Source: a virus (lineage: Duplodnaviria; Caudoviricetes). Taken from it: a stretch of 64,000 nt of DNA. This document shows positions 1-7,501 of this stretch, one piece after another. A program made the position numbers and the translations under genes. The notes under the pieces were generated by a model. That model did not search any database. It had not been told where the DNA came from and saw nothing but the letters and a program-made list of their open reading frames with translations. Numbering within the stretch: the first letter of the stretch is position 1; every line of letters begins with the position of its first letter. Where the stretch lies: IMG/VR virus record IMGVR_UViG_3300045015_000053. One strand, given 5' to 3'.

Positions 1-204
1 AAGATGTCATCAACCAACAGTCCAAGTTCCAACAAGGCAGAGGCAAACCACCAGAATTGCCGATGCCGGCTCGTCAACGGGCGGCTAACCGCGACGATCA
101 CTGGAGGGGTTGAAAATCGCCGCCGCGTCGATTACGCGGCCAGTTAGAAGTCAAAAGCGACATCTGTAAAATGTCATTGCTCACTGACACGAAAGTGTCT
201 TAAT

Positions 205-332
205 GCCGGGTTAGCTCAGTGGCAGAGCGCGTAAAAGTTGACTCACCACATTTTGCCCGCAAGGGATGACTCGATGGGTTTACATTCCATTCCCAGGACG
301 AGGTCGCGAAGTTCGATTCTTCGCTCCCGGCT
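205..332 (+). ncRNA. Y RNA-like (YrlA-type), circularly permuted: tRNA acceptor, D and T arms with a Ro-type stem in place of the anticodon arm
   Basis: Acceptor GCCGGG/CCCGGC, D arm TAGCTCAGTGGCAGAGC, T loop GTTCGATTC; middle TTTTG-CCC-GCAA-GGG-ATGAC...GGGTTTACATTCC matches the five sister elements. Confidence 0.7.
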
Positions 333-338
333 TTATCT

Positions 339-417
339 GTCGTAGGAACCTAAATTCGCGTGGTGCGGAGCGGGCCTGCAAAGCTTGTGGTAAGGGGTTC
401 GATTCCTCCCTACGACT
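339..417 (+). tRNA. tRNA-Cys(GCA), atypical D arm
   Basis: Acceptor GTCGTAG/CTACGAC, anticodon arm CGGGC-CTGCAAA-GCTTG, T loop TTCGATT. Confidence 0.65.
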
Positions 418-496
418 CTTGATTCCGAAACGATCTGCAAAGCAACAGTTACGACCGTTGTTTTAGGCAGCTACTCATCGTCGGAAGTTCTCACAT

Positions 497-569
497 GCCC
501 CGTTTGCTACAATGGTGAAGCGCCTGTCTCTTAAACAGGTTACGGCCGGTTCGATCCCGGCACGGGGTA
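497..569 (+). tRNA. tRNA-Lys(CTT)
   Basis: Acceptor GCCCCGT/ACGGGGT, anticodon arm CCTGT-CTCTTAA-ACAGG. Confidence 0.85.
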
Positions 570-601
570 CTGATTCATGCTGTCTCTGATTTAGAAAGAT
601 T

Positions 602-684
602 GACTTGCACGCAGTAGTGGCATCTGCCTCTCGCTCTTAACGAGACGCCGTAAGGCATTCAGGGTTCAAGTCCCTGGCGAGTCA
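602..684 (+). tRNA. tRNA with Lys(CTT) anticodon and a long variable arm
   Basis: Acceptor GACTTGC/GCGAGTC, arm TCTCG-CTCTTAA-CGAGA, variable hairpin GCC-GTAA-GGC, T loop TTCAAGT. Confidence 0.75.
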
Positions 685-690
685 CTGGAC

Positions 691-866
691 CTGTGGTTAC
701 TGCGAGTTCAATCTCGCAAAGATGGCGGGGACAAAAGCAGTCGTGGAAACACGGGGCTTCCCTGCGGAGGATCAGGTTGCCGACTGAAAGACATTACAGC
801 GAGTTCAATCTCGCCCGGATGTGAAAAACCAACTGCAAAGACCACATACGCAGTGAAAGTCGGCAC
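691..866 (+). ncRNA. Unknown structured RNA with two identical T-loop-like hairpins
   Basis: GCGAGTTCAATCTCGC occurs twice; pairings TGTGGT/ACCACA and GCCGACT/AGTCGGC; non-coding gap between tRNA-like genes. Confidence 0.45.
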
Positions 867-870
867 ACAT

Positions 871-997
871 TGTGGGGTAGCTCAGTGGTAGGGCGCGTAA
901 AACTAGATTCGCGCCTTTTTGCCCTAACGGGATGTCCTTGCGGATTTACATTACATGTGAGGACGAGGATGTAAGGTTCGATTCCTTACCCCCACAG
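871..997 (+). ncRNA. Y RNA-like, circularly permuted (copy 2)
   Basis: Acceptor TGTGGGG/CCCCACA, D arm TAGCTCAGTGGTAGGGC, TTTTTG-CCC-TAAC-GGG-ATGT...GGATTTACATT, T loop TTCGATT. Confidence 0.7.
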
Positions 998-1000
998 CTA

Positions 1001-1260
1001 GTTGACGTTTGTGGCGAACCCACCGGGGTTCGCCACAACCTTTGATGAATACGTTGAGTGGCGAAACGAAGAACGCAGAGGGACCACAGAGAACGGTCGC
1101 TCGGCACGCTAACTCGCAGTACAACTTGGAGGACCGTGTCAGCGGTATCCTCTCAAGCTCTGGAGTGTCCTTGCGACACCCCCACTTCAGTGTGGGACCA
1201 TCTACGAGGCTGACCCCTGACAGGGAAGTGCAATGTGAGGTTTGAGTCCTCACCTCGACG
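1001..1260 (+). ncRNA. 260-nt RNA closed by an acceptor-like stem and T arm
   Basis: GTTGACG/CCTCGAC stem (1 mismatch), T arm TGAGG-TTTGAGT-CCTCA, internal hairpin TGTGGCGAACC/GGTTCGCCACA. Confidence 0.45.
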
Positions 1261-1266
1261 TATAAC

Positions 1267-1339
1267 GGGCCATGAGTTCGGTTAGTAGAACATCCCCCTG
1301 TCACGGGGAAGGTTGCGGGTGCGACTCCCGTATGGCTCG
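1267..1339 (+). tRNA. tRNA-Asp(GTC)
   Basis: Acceptor GGGCCAT/ATGGCTC, arm TCCCC-CTGTCAC-GGGGA. Confidence 0.85.
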
Positions 1340-1367
1340 CTTTTGTTTTTGTTGATATAATCGGGTC

Positions 1368-1994
1368 ATGCCATACAAAGACCCGCTTCGACAAAAAGAA
1401 GCCCAACGTCAACACTATCTCGCCAACAAGCAAAATTACATTTGCAGTCGGCGGAAAAATCGTGATGAACGAGATGTTTGGCTCGAAGAGTACAAGCGTG
1501 ACAAGAAATGCGTCAGATGCGGCGAACCCGATTCGAGATGTTTCGATTTCCACCATCCCGACGCCTCGAAAAAGCTGTTTCAAATAACCGAAGCTGTTAA
1601 GCAAGGTTATGCTCTTGGCAGGATCAAGGCTGAGATTGCGAAGTGCGAGATTCTCTGCGCCAACTGTCACCGCCTTGAACATTACCAAGAAAGAACGCCT
1701 GAAGATTACGCGAGGTCTTGGGTCGGCGAAAACGTTCTTTGGTTGCGTCAGCAGAAGTCCATGAGAGTCTGCATGAAATGCCAGACCGAAGATTGGAGAT
1801 TGCTAGACTTCCATCATCGTGACGGTGTCGAAAAGAAACAAACTCTTTCAAAGATGGCCGGAAGTGGCTGTTCGATTCAGGCTCTTTTGGAAGAGATCGC
1901 GAAGTGTGACGTGTACTGTGCCAACTGCCACAGGAAGCATCACAACAACAACAAATGGAAAGAAGCGTCTGTAAGAAAAGGCTCTATGGTGTAG
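1368..1994 (+). CDS. Free-standing HNH endonuclease with two tandem HNH/Zn modules
   Basis: Two copies of CxxC...DFHH...KCxxxCANCHR; stop codon lies inside the downstream tRNA-Asp. Confidence 0.85.
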   Translation: MPYKDPLRQKEAQRQHYLANKQNYICSRRKNRDERDVWLEEYKRDKKCVRCGEPDSRCFDFHHPDASKKLFQITEAVKQGYALGRIKAEIAKCEILCANCHRLEHYQERTPEDYARSWVGENVLWLRQQKSMRVCMKCQTEDWRLLDFHHRDGVEKKQTLSKMAGSGCSIQALLEEIAKCDVYCANCHRKHHNNNKWKEASVRKGSMV

Positions 1995-2052
1995 TGGTCT
2001 GCACGCTTGGTTGTCAACCAATAAGAGTGGGGTTCGATTCCCCCTAGAGCCG
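1980..2052 (+). tRNA. tRNA-Asp(GTC)
   Basis: Acceptor GGCTCTA/TAGAGCC, anticodon loop TTGTCAA, T loop TTCGATT. Confidence 0.8.
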
Positions 2053-2141
2053 CTCTGGTTTGTCGGTATCAGTCTGCTTCGGCAGTGTCACCGACTTGAA
2101 CGTAGACGATGGTGCCTGTCAGGTTCGTCTAGCCGGTAACT

Positions 2142-2302
2142 GGGCTGCGTCGTGAAATAATCGACTATGGTCAAGGTGTGGTCCGACGAGGATAATCCAC
2201 CCGTTCGCGAACGGGCAGACAAGTGAATCGGCTTTTCATGCGACGGTGTGAAGAACCGAGGAACAGCCATACTGATATGGGGTTCGATTCCCCTGCGGTC
2301 CT
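2142..2302 (+). ncRNA. 161-nt tRNA-shelled RNA with G3-U70 (mini-tmRNA-like)
   Basis: Acceptor GGGCTGC/GCGGTCC, TCGAC followed by helix TATGGT/GCCATA, T loop TTCGATT; no anticodon arm. Confidence 0.4.
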
Positions 2303-2315
2303 CCTAAATACCCGC

Positions 2316-2906
2316 ATGATGAATTTCATGCTGTGGATCGAAGGTGTAGAAAATCGCGGGCCTCAAGGCACACCCAAAAGGGGTCGCGGGCCGCGAGAAG
2401 ACATTTACGAAGTGATGGAAGCCGGGATGCACCACGGCGTCATCGTCGGTCCCATGTGGGAATATGTCGCGAGACTCCACGGCGGCGCGGCGATGAACCA
2501 ACCGTCCGAAGCCGAGCGGGTGAAAAAACTCGCCGGCCAGATTTCCGGTTTCGGCGGATACTGGGAGCGGCCGATTGTTGACGAAGAAAACGTCGTCATG
2601 GAAGGCCAGCACCGGCTCGAAGCCGCAAGGCACTTGGGATACAAGAAGATCCCGATCATGCGAGTCATGGACCTCGGCCGCGTCTTCGGTTACGAACAAA
2701 TGGCTGCGGCGGCAAAAGCCGTGAAGCCGATGGGTGGCGATGCCCTTCAGCAGATTGTCGGTCGCGCCCTCGACACCTTGTACGAAGAGAAGGGCAACGT
2801 CGAAGAGGCTTTGCAGTACACTGTCGGTCGCGGGTACGATGACGCCTTCCACGCCGCGATCAATGCGGCGAAAAGGGCAAAGCTGCCGAACTACATAAAA
2901 GCATGA
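2316..2906 (+). CDS. ParB/Srx-like domain protein with CTS-like N-terminus
   Basis: RPIVDEENVVMEGQHRLEAARHLG is a ParB-N-type motif; TAAATA at 2305-2310. Confidence 0.65.
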   Translation: MMNFMLWIEGVENRGPQGTPKRGRGPREDIYEVMEAGMHHGVIVGPMWEYVARLHGGAAMNQPSEAERVKKLAGQISGFGGYWERPIVDEENVVMEGQHRLEAARHLGYKKIPIMRVMDLGRVFGYEQMAAAAKAVKPMGGDALQQIVGRALDTLYEEKGNVEEALQYTVGRGYDDAFHAAINAAKRAKLPNYIKA

Positions 2907-4255
2907 ACGGCTTTCAAAACTGGTTCGAGTCACAAACGGCAGACCTCGAAGACAAGATCTTCGCGGCCATCAGCGACGACAAAGCTTCCGACTTTGACGC
3001 GATGCTCAAGGAATGGGTCAAAAGCACCAACCCGTCGATGTCCGGCGTGGTCCTGAAACGGGACCACTACGGCAAGAATCGCGGCGAGGGCGTGACCTAC
3101 TTCAGCGGCCAACTGACGCCCTCTTACCGAGAGGTGTCGGCTCACCGCAAGAGCGAGAGCGGGTTTTCTGGGATGGGCCTGATCGTCACGCCCCTGACCT
3201 ACCGCTACCTCCGCTCGCACACGTTGGAGCATTTCGACGGCATCGGGATCGACAACGGGATGTTCACGGAAGCCGGACAGAAGAATTTTTCGTGGACCAA
3301 GTACGAGAAGATGATCAAGGTGGCCCTCGCCCAAGAGAAGCGAGAGGTACTCGGCCAACTGCACTTCTTCACGGTGCCGGATCAGCCGTTCGACTGGGCG
3401 GCGACGATGAAGAAGTTCAAGGAACACGCTTCCGACGTGAAGCGACTTCGGAGTTGGGGAGCGCCGGTTGCCATCTGTATTCAGAACGGGGCGGTCGTCG
3501 CCAACGTGCCGTGGGGCGAGATCGACGTGATCTTCATCGGCGGCAACGACGAGTACAAGACCGGGCCGGACGCACAGGCGATCACGGCCGAGGCCAAGAA
3601 GCTCGGCAAGGGCGTTCACATGGGACGTGTGAACAACCTGAAAAGAATGAACAAAGGGTCGGAATGGGGCGTGGATACCGCTGACGGGACATACGTCATG
3701 CACGAGCTTGCGAAGGCTCTCCACGAGATTGAGACAAAGAACCCGATCCGGCCGCGAGAGGGGATCGTCCAGTACCACGAAAGACTGAGGCGGTTGCTGC
3801 ACGGTACGCACGCGGAAAAAGACTTGCACGTTCCGGGCAGCAAACACCTGACGGAGCCAGAGATCATCGACAATCTTGTTTCGCACATTCTGGACATCCA
3901 GACTAAGAACAACATGGGTGCGAGGTACAACGCGATTGCCGACATGGTCGCCCACATGAAGGGCAAGCCGTTGAGCCGGGACGCGGTTCGAGAGTCGGAC
4001 AGATTCTTGCCGCAGGTTCCACACATCTCGCCCGACGACGATGTGGTACAATATGACGACGCGGGGAACGTGAAGCTCGGACGCGACGGCCGACCACTCA
4101 AGAACTACAAAGTCTTCAGTCAGTTGGCGGATCGCCCGGAGTACCGACCGATGCCGAAGGGCATCCCGTTCGACCCGAAAGACATGAGCGTGTACAACAA
4201 GTACATCAACAAATACATCATGAGGATGCGAGACGCGGGCGTACTGCCCCACTGA
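2903..4255 (+). CDS. Protein with a central TGT/DpdA-like TIM-barrel domain
   Basis: Motifs IDNGMF, VPD, FIGG-x4-K, VHMGRVN, DTADGT resemble phage transglycosylase-like proteins (recognised from memory). Confidence 0.45.
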   Translation: MNGFQNWFESQTADLEDKIFAAISDDKASDFDAMLKEWVKSTNPSMSGVVLKRDHYGKNRGEGVTYFSGQLTPSYREVSAHRKSESGFSGMGLIVTPLTYRYLRSHTLEHFDGIGIDNGMFTEAGQKNFSWTKYEKMIKVALAQEKREVLGQLHFFTVPDQPFDWAATMKKFKEHASDVKRLRSWGAPVAICIQNGAVVANVPWGEIDVIFIGGNDEYKTGPDAQAITAEAKKLGKGVHMGRVNNLKRMNKGSEWGVDTADGTYVMHELAKALHEIETKNPIRPREGIVQYHERLRRLLHGTHAEKDLHVPGSKHLTEPEIIDNLVSHILDIQTKNNMGARYNAIADMVAHMKGKPLSRDAVRESDRFLPQVPHISPDDDVVQYDDAGNVKLGRDGRPLKNYKVFSQLADRPEYRPMPKGIPFDPKDMSVYNKYINKYIMRMRDAGVLPH

Positions 4256-4262
4256 GGCCACC

Positions 4263-4493
4263 ATGATGCAGTTGATCGACAAGTGGTACAAAGAGTACAC
4301 TGACCTTCTGAAAGAAGCCGACAAGCTGGACATTCAGCGGGACGCGAACTCGACGTACTACAGCCGGATGACGGAAGCGGAAAAAGTTCAGTTCGATGAT
4401 TTGCGTGACCGGGCCTACCGGATGCGGATCGAGGCGTCGGCGGTGAAACGGTGCTACGACCAGTTGGTCGCGCACTTCACATGCAATGCGTGA
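4263..4493 (+). CDS. Hypothetical protein
   Basis: ORF with GAGG upstream, genome-typical codon usage. Confidence 0.6.
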   Translation: MMQLIDKWYKEYTDLLKEADKLDIQRDANSTYYSRMTEAEKVQFDDLRDRAYRMRIEASAVKRCYDQLVAHFTCNA

Positions 4494-4685
4494 GAGCCAT
4501 GAAGGAATACCGCTACAAGATGCTGACGGAATACACTTGCGAGCTTTGCCAGACGACTTACCCTCTTGCCAGACCGACAGCCAACGACTGTTTCATCGCA
4601 CTTTGTCAGGGCTGTATCAGGAAGTGCAAGGAAGAAGGCAAGAGCTTGTTTGAGGAACTCAAGAAAGCTCGCGAGGCCAAACGCA

Positions 4686-5174
4686 ATGATCACCCACAAT
4701 GACATCGAATCGCAACTGGATCAGTCGCCCCAGAACTGGTGGTTGAGGAAGCACTACGCGGGGTGGCTGGCCGACAATGGCAACGTGCCTCTGGCGCGGG
4801 TGCAGTTGTGGCTCGCGAAGAACGAGAAATGCCCTGGCCCGAAGTGTGTGCTGGAAGGCAAGTGGCACGAGGCGACTTGGTGGTCGGAAGATCAGGCTGG
4901 CAAAAGGTGGACCCTCGATTACAACGAGAGCGTTCACATCAAGCCGGAATGGTGTTTGCCGCACAAGGTCTTCAATGCGACCAAAGGGTATCTGGTTGCA
5001 GACCGGCGTGACAAGGGGTTCCACAACAAGTTTGCCCGTTCTTGGAACGGTCGGCGTGACGCGGAAGCGGCCATGATGATCTTCGCGGTGGAAAAGAAGA
5101 AGAAACTCGTTCAGTTCCGGTCGCTGGATGCGTTGTGGGATTACGACGAACCCTTGAAGCCGCTGTTTGAGTAA
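4686..5174 (+). CDS. Hypothetical protein
   Basis: Trp-rich ORF coupled to the upstream ORF. Confidence 0.6.
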   Translation: MITHNDIESQLDQSPQNWWLRKHYAGWLADNGNVPLARVQLWLAKNEKCPGPKCVLEGKWHEATWWSEDQAGKRWTLDYNESVHIKPEWCLPHKVFNATKGYLVADRRDKGFHNKFARSWNGRRDAEAAMMIFAVEKKKKLVQFRSLDALWDYDEPLKPLFE

Positions 5175-5179
5175 TTGAT

Positions 5180-5255
5180 TGCTGTGGGGTGACTGTTGGT
5201 AGTCACGCGAAGCTGTTAACTTCGTCTCCCGATGGTTCGATTCCATCCGCAGCAG
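5180..5255 (+). tRNA. tRNA-Asn(GTT)
   Basis: Acceptor TGCTGTG/CGCAGCA, loop CTGTTAA, T arm GATGG-TTCGATT-CCATC. Confidence 0.8.
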
Positions 5256-5260
5256 CTTAT

Positions 5261-5349
5261 TCCTGGGTAGCATACGTTGGTTAAATGCAGACGGCTGTTA
5301 ACCGTCAGAGGGGGAAACCTCTCCGCTGGTTCGATTCCAGCCCCAGGAG
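5261..5349 (+). tRNA. tRNA with Asn(GTT) anticodon and a long variable arm
   Basis: Acceptor TCCTGGG/CCCAGGA, arm GACGG-CTGTTAA-CCGTC, variable hairpin AGAGG...CCTCT. Confidence 0.8.
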
Positions 5350-5353
5350 CTTT

Positions 5354-5655
5354 CTCGATGTAGTGTGAATCGCCGTACCCAGTAGGGCGGCGTGAAAGGG
5401 ACAGATAAGGCGTCCGAAAACGGCGTGTAACGTAGCAATGGGCAAATCGCTTTGTGCGAAACTAGAACTAAGGTTCTAGTTTCAGGCACGGCAACCATAA
5501 AAACCGTGAGCCAGAGGTAGGGTCTGGACAGGCACGCCGCCTAAGACGAGATAATGGTCTTCAGTAACGTCGTTCGGAAAGTATGGTAGGCCAGCACGCA
5601 GCTATGCACATTGCTACCGGAGGCTGAGGTTCAGGTTCGAGTCCTGACATCGAGA
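5354..5655 (+). ncRNA. 302-nt structured RNA within a tRNA shell
   Basis: Perfect acceptor CTCGATG/CATCGAG, T arm TCAGG-TTCGAGT-CCTGA, internal helices GGCGGCGTG/CACGCCGCC and GAAACTAGAAC/GTTCTAGTTTC. Confidence 0.55.
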
Positions 5656-5657
5656 CT

Positions 5658-6058
5658 TTACAACTCGAATCCGTCATCAGGGTTGGTGGTCCGCAGAGGC
5701 GAAGATTCGCCGGTCGGTTGGGCCGGTTTCGGAGCGGTCGGTTCGACGTACTTCTTCTTGCGGTAGTATTCGTCGGCCTGGGCGATGACCTTCATCTGGG
5801 CGAGGATTTTGTTCGCGAGCTTTCTCGATGCGGTCTTGATGCCTTTGGACAGATCGCGAACGCTGTTCGCAACGTCGTGGTATGCTTTGAAAACCGGGTC
5901 GTGCGGGTCCAGGCTCATACCCCGCTCACGAATGAGGGAGTTATAATTGTTGTCGAGGCCGGTGGTCATGCCGTCGAGCGCTTGACGATTTGCCTGAGAA
6001 CGTCGTGGTTCTCTGTGTAAGGTGTGTTGGTTTCGAGCCAGTTTTTGAATGAACGCAT
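5658..6058 (-). pseudogene. CTS-like N-terminus gene (MRSFKNWLET) with an apparent 1-nt frameshift near 5985
   Basis: SD AAGGAG and ATG at 6058; protein-like reading continues in another frame to the stop at 5658. Confidence 0.5.
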
Positions 6059-6102
6059 GTCGCTCCTTTTGATGCGATATGTAGGGGTTGACTGACAAAA
6101 AC

Positions 6103-6173
6103 AGGTCGGTGATGTAATGGTAGCATAACAGTCTCCAAAACTGTTCGTCGGGGTTCGAGTCCCTGCCGACCTG
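6103..6173 (+). tRNA. tRNA-Trp(CCA)
   Basis: Acceptor AGGTCGG/CCGACCT, arm ACAGT-CTCCAAA-ACTGT. Confidence 0.9.
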
Positions 6174-6176
6174 CTT

Positions 6177-6425
6177 ATGAGAAAGAAAGAACAGACCGTG
6201 AAACAAGAACGCAAAGCGGTGCGAAAGCAACGCAGAGGCTGGTTCATCGTGAAGGCACAACACGACTGTGGCTGCTGCCACAGCGAGATGTACTTCAAAA
6301 GTGAAGCTTCGGCCAAGAAAGCTTGGTCGGCCGCTGGACTTCAGTTGTCGGCGAAGATTACCGACGACAAGGGAACCGTTCACGAAGGTGTGGATACGTT
6401 CTACGGGGTAGTCAGGATTTCTTGA
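6177..6425 (+). CDS. Hypothetical protein
   Basis: ORF directly after the tRNA. Confidence 0.5.
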   Translation: MRKKEQTVKQERKAVRKQRRGWFIVKAQHDCGCCHSEMYFKSEASAKKAWSAAGLQLSAKITDDKGTVHEGVDTFYGVVRIS

Positions 6426-6810
6426 GCAGATCGAGAATCTGATTCTCGACATCCTTGTTCTGGTTCTTGAGGATCATCAGGATCTCTTTCTCGATCCTGA
6501 TGTCCTTCTTGATGAGGCGGCGGATACCGTGCAGGGTTCTCCGGTGGGCGGCTTCGGCCTTCTTCTCGGCGCGACCTTGCGACATCAGGATGAAGGGGGC
6601 TTGAAAGGCGGCAACCATGCTGAGAAGCAGGTTGAGTAGAATGAAGGGGTAGGGATCGAATTGAAGGTTCTTGGTGGCGAGCAGGTTCCAAGAAGCCCAA
6701 GCGGACATTACGCAGAGGGCCGAGATGATGAACCACCATGAGCCGCCGAAGCTGGCGATGTGGTCTGCGATGCGTTCGCTCCGGGTCCGGTCGTCGTGTG
6801 GCGGATTCAT
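6412..6810 (-). CDS. DUF1003-family membrane protein
   Basis: ERIADHIASFGGSWWFII...FDPYPFILLNLLLSMVAAFQAPFILMSQ signature; SD GGAGG. Confidence 0.85.
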   Translation of the reverse strand: MNPPHDDRTRSERIADHIASFGGSWWFIISALCVMSAWASWNLLATKNLQFDPYPFILLNLLLSMVAAFQAPFILMSQGRAEKKAEAAHRRTLHGIRRLIKKDIRIEKEILMILKNQNKDVENQILDLLKKS

Positions 6811-6848
6811 CGTTGCCTCCCGTAGTAGTTGTTTGCAAGTATCTAGAA

Positions 6849-6923
6849 GGCCGATTGATCGTAGTAGTGGTAACTCGCTTGTTTTACACGCAAGAGTCGG
6901 GGGTTCGATTCCCTCATCGGCCA
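6849..6923 (+). tRNA. tRNA-Val(TAC)
   Basis: Acceptor GGCCGAT/ATCGGCC, loop TTTACAC. Confidence 0.85.
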
Positions 6924-6935
6924 CTGTTAGTTGAT

Positions 6936-7006
6936 AGATCCGTGTAGGTGGTCCTACAGCGAAACTCCAAATCTCGCCAAACCGGGTTCGATTCCTGGCG
7001 GATCTG
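6936..7006 (+). tRNA. tRNA-Trp(CCA), short D loop
   Basis: Acceptor AGATCCG/CGGATCT, loop CTCCAAA, T loop TTCGATT. Confidence 0.7.
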
Positions 7007-7031
7007 CTTCAAATTCTTCGATTAGTTTGGA

Positions 7032-7061
7032 GTCTTCATGACTAAGATAAGTCATGAAGAC
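7032..7061 (+). promoter_or_regulatory. 12-bp inverted repeat sequestering the HNH start codon
   Basis: GTCTTCATGACT-AAGATA-AGTCATGAAGAC; ATG 7054 lies in the 3' arm. Confidence 0.65.
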
Positions 7062-7485
7062 TAAACATTGCAAACGATGTTCGTTGGACTTGCCAACGTC
7101 ATCATTCTCGAAGAACTGCCGTAAATCTGATGGCCTTCAAATCAGTTGTAAAAGCTGTATGAAGGCAATGAACGCCAAACACTATGTCCAGTACAAAGAC
7201 AAGCAGTTGGCGATCAACCGAGAAAACAAACGCATCATCCGCGAAAAGGTTCGATTTCTGAAAGAGGCGAACCCTTGCGGTTGTGGCGAGTCTGCTGTGT
7301 GCTGTTTGGACTTCCACCATATCGGGAAGAAGTCTGACACGATTTCAAGGATGTTGTCCAACACATACAGTTGGGAGCGACTGGAAGCTGAACTCAGGAA
7401 ATGTTGTGTGTTGTGCGCCAACTGCCATCGCAAGCATCATGCGGGCGAAAAATTGAAGTTCAAATGCGTTCCGATTTTGTTGTGA
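7054..7485 (+). CDS. HNH endonuclease with N-terminal Zn finger
   Basis: CxxC...CKSC, LDFHH, CCVLCANCHRKHH. Confidence 0.85.
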   Translation: MKTKHCKRCSLDLPTSSFSKNCRKSDGLQISCKSCMKAMNAKHYVQYKDKQLAINRENKRIIREKVRFLKEANPCGCGESAVCCLDFHHIGKKSDTISRMLSNTYSWERLEAELRKCCVLCANCHRKHHAGEKLKFKCVPILL

Positions 7486-7501
7486 TTCCTGGCGGATCTG
7501 C

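Noticed and set aside
421-487. Irregular hairpin between tRNA-Cys and tRNA-Lys as a further Y RNA
   Set aside because: Lacks the ATGA/TTTTG and GGATTACAT motifs.
2103-2130. GACGATGGTGCC resembling a fluoride riboswitch
   Set aside because: The downstream pseudoknot partner and a relevant gene are missing.
2930-4333. Long antisense ORFs (also 16353-17282, 18367-19275, 19989-21128, 37567-38571, 43291-44190, 56233-57255, 59777-60991)
   Set aside because: Shadow frames of GC-rich real genes on the opposite strand; no RBS or recognisable motifs.
5354-5655. Calling this element tmRNA because of its size
   Set aside because: No G3-U70 pair and no convincing tag frame.
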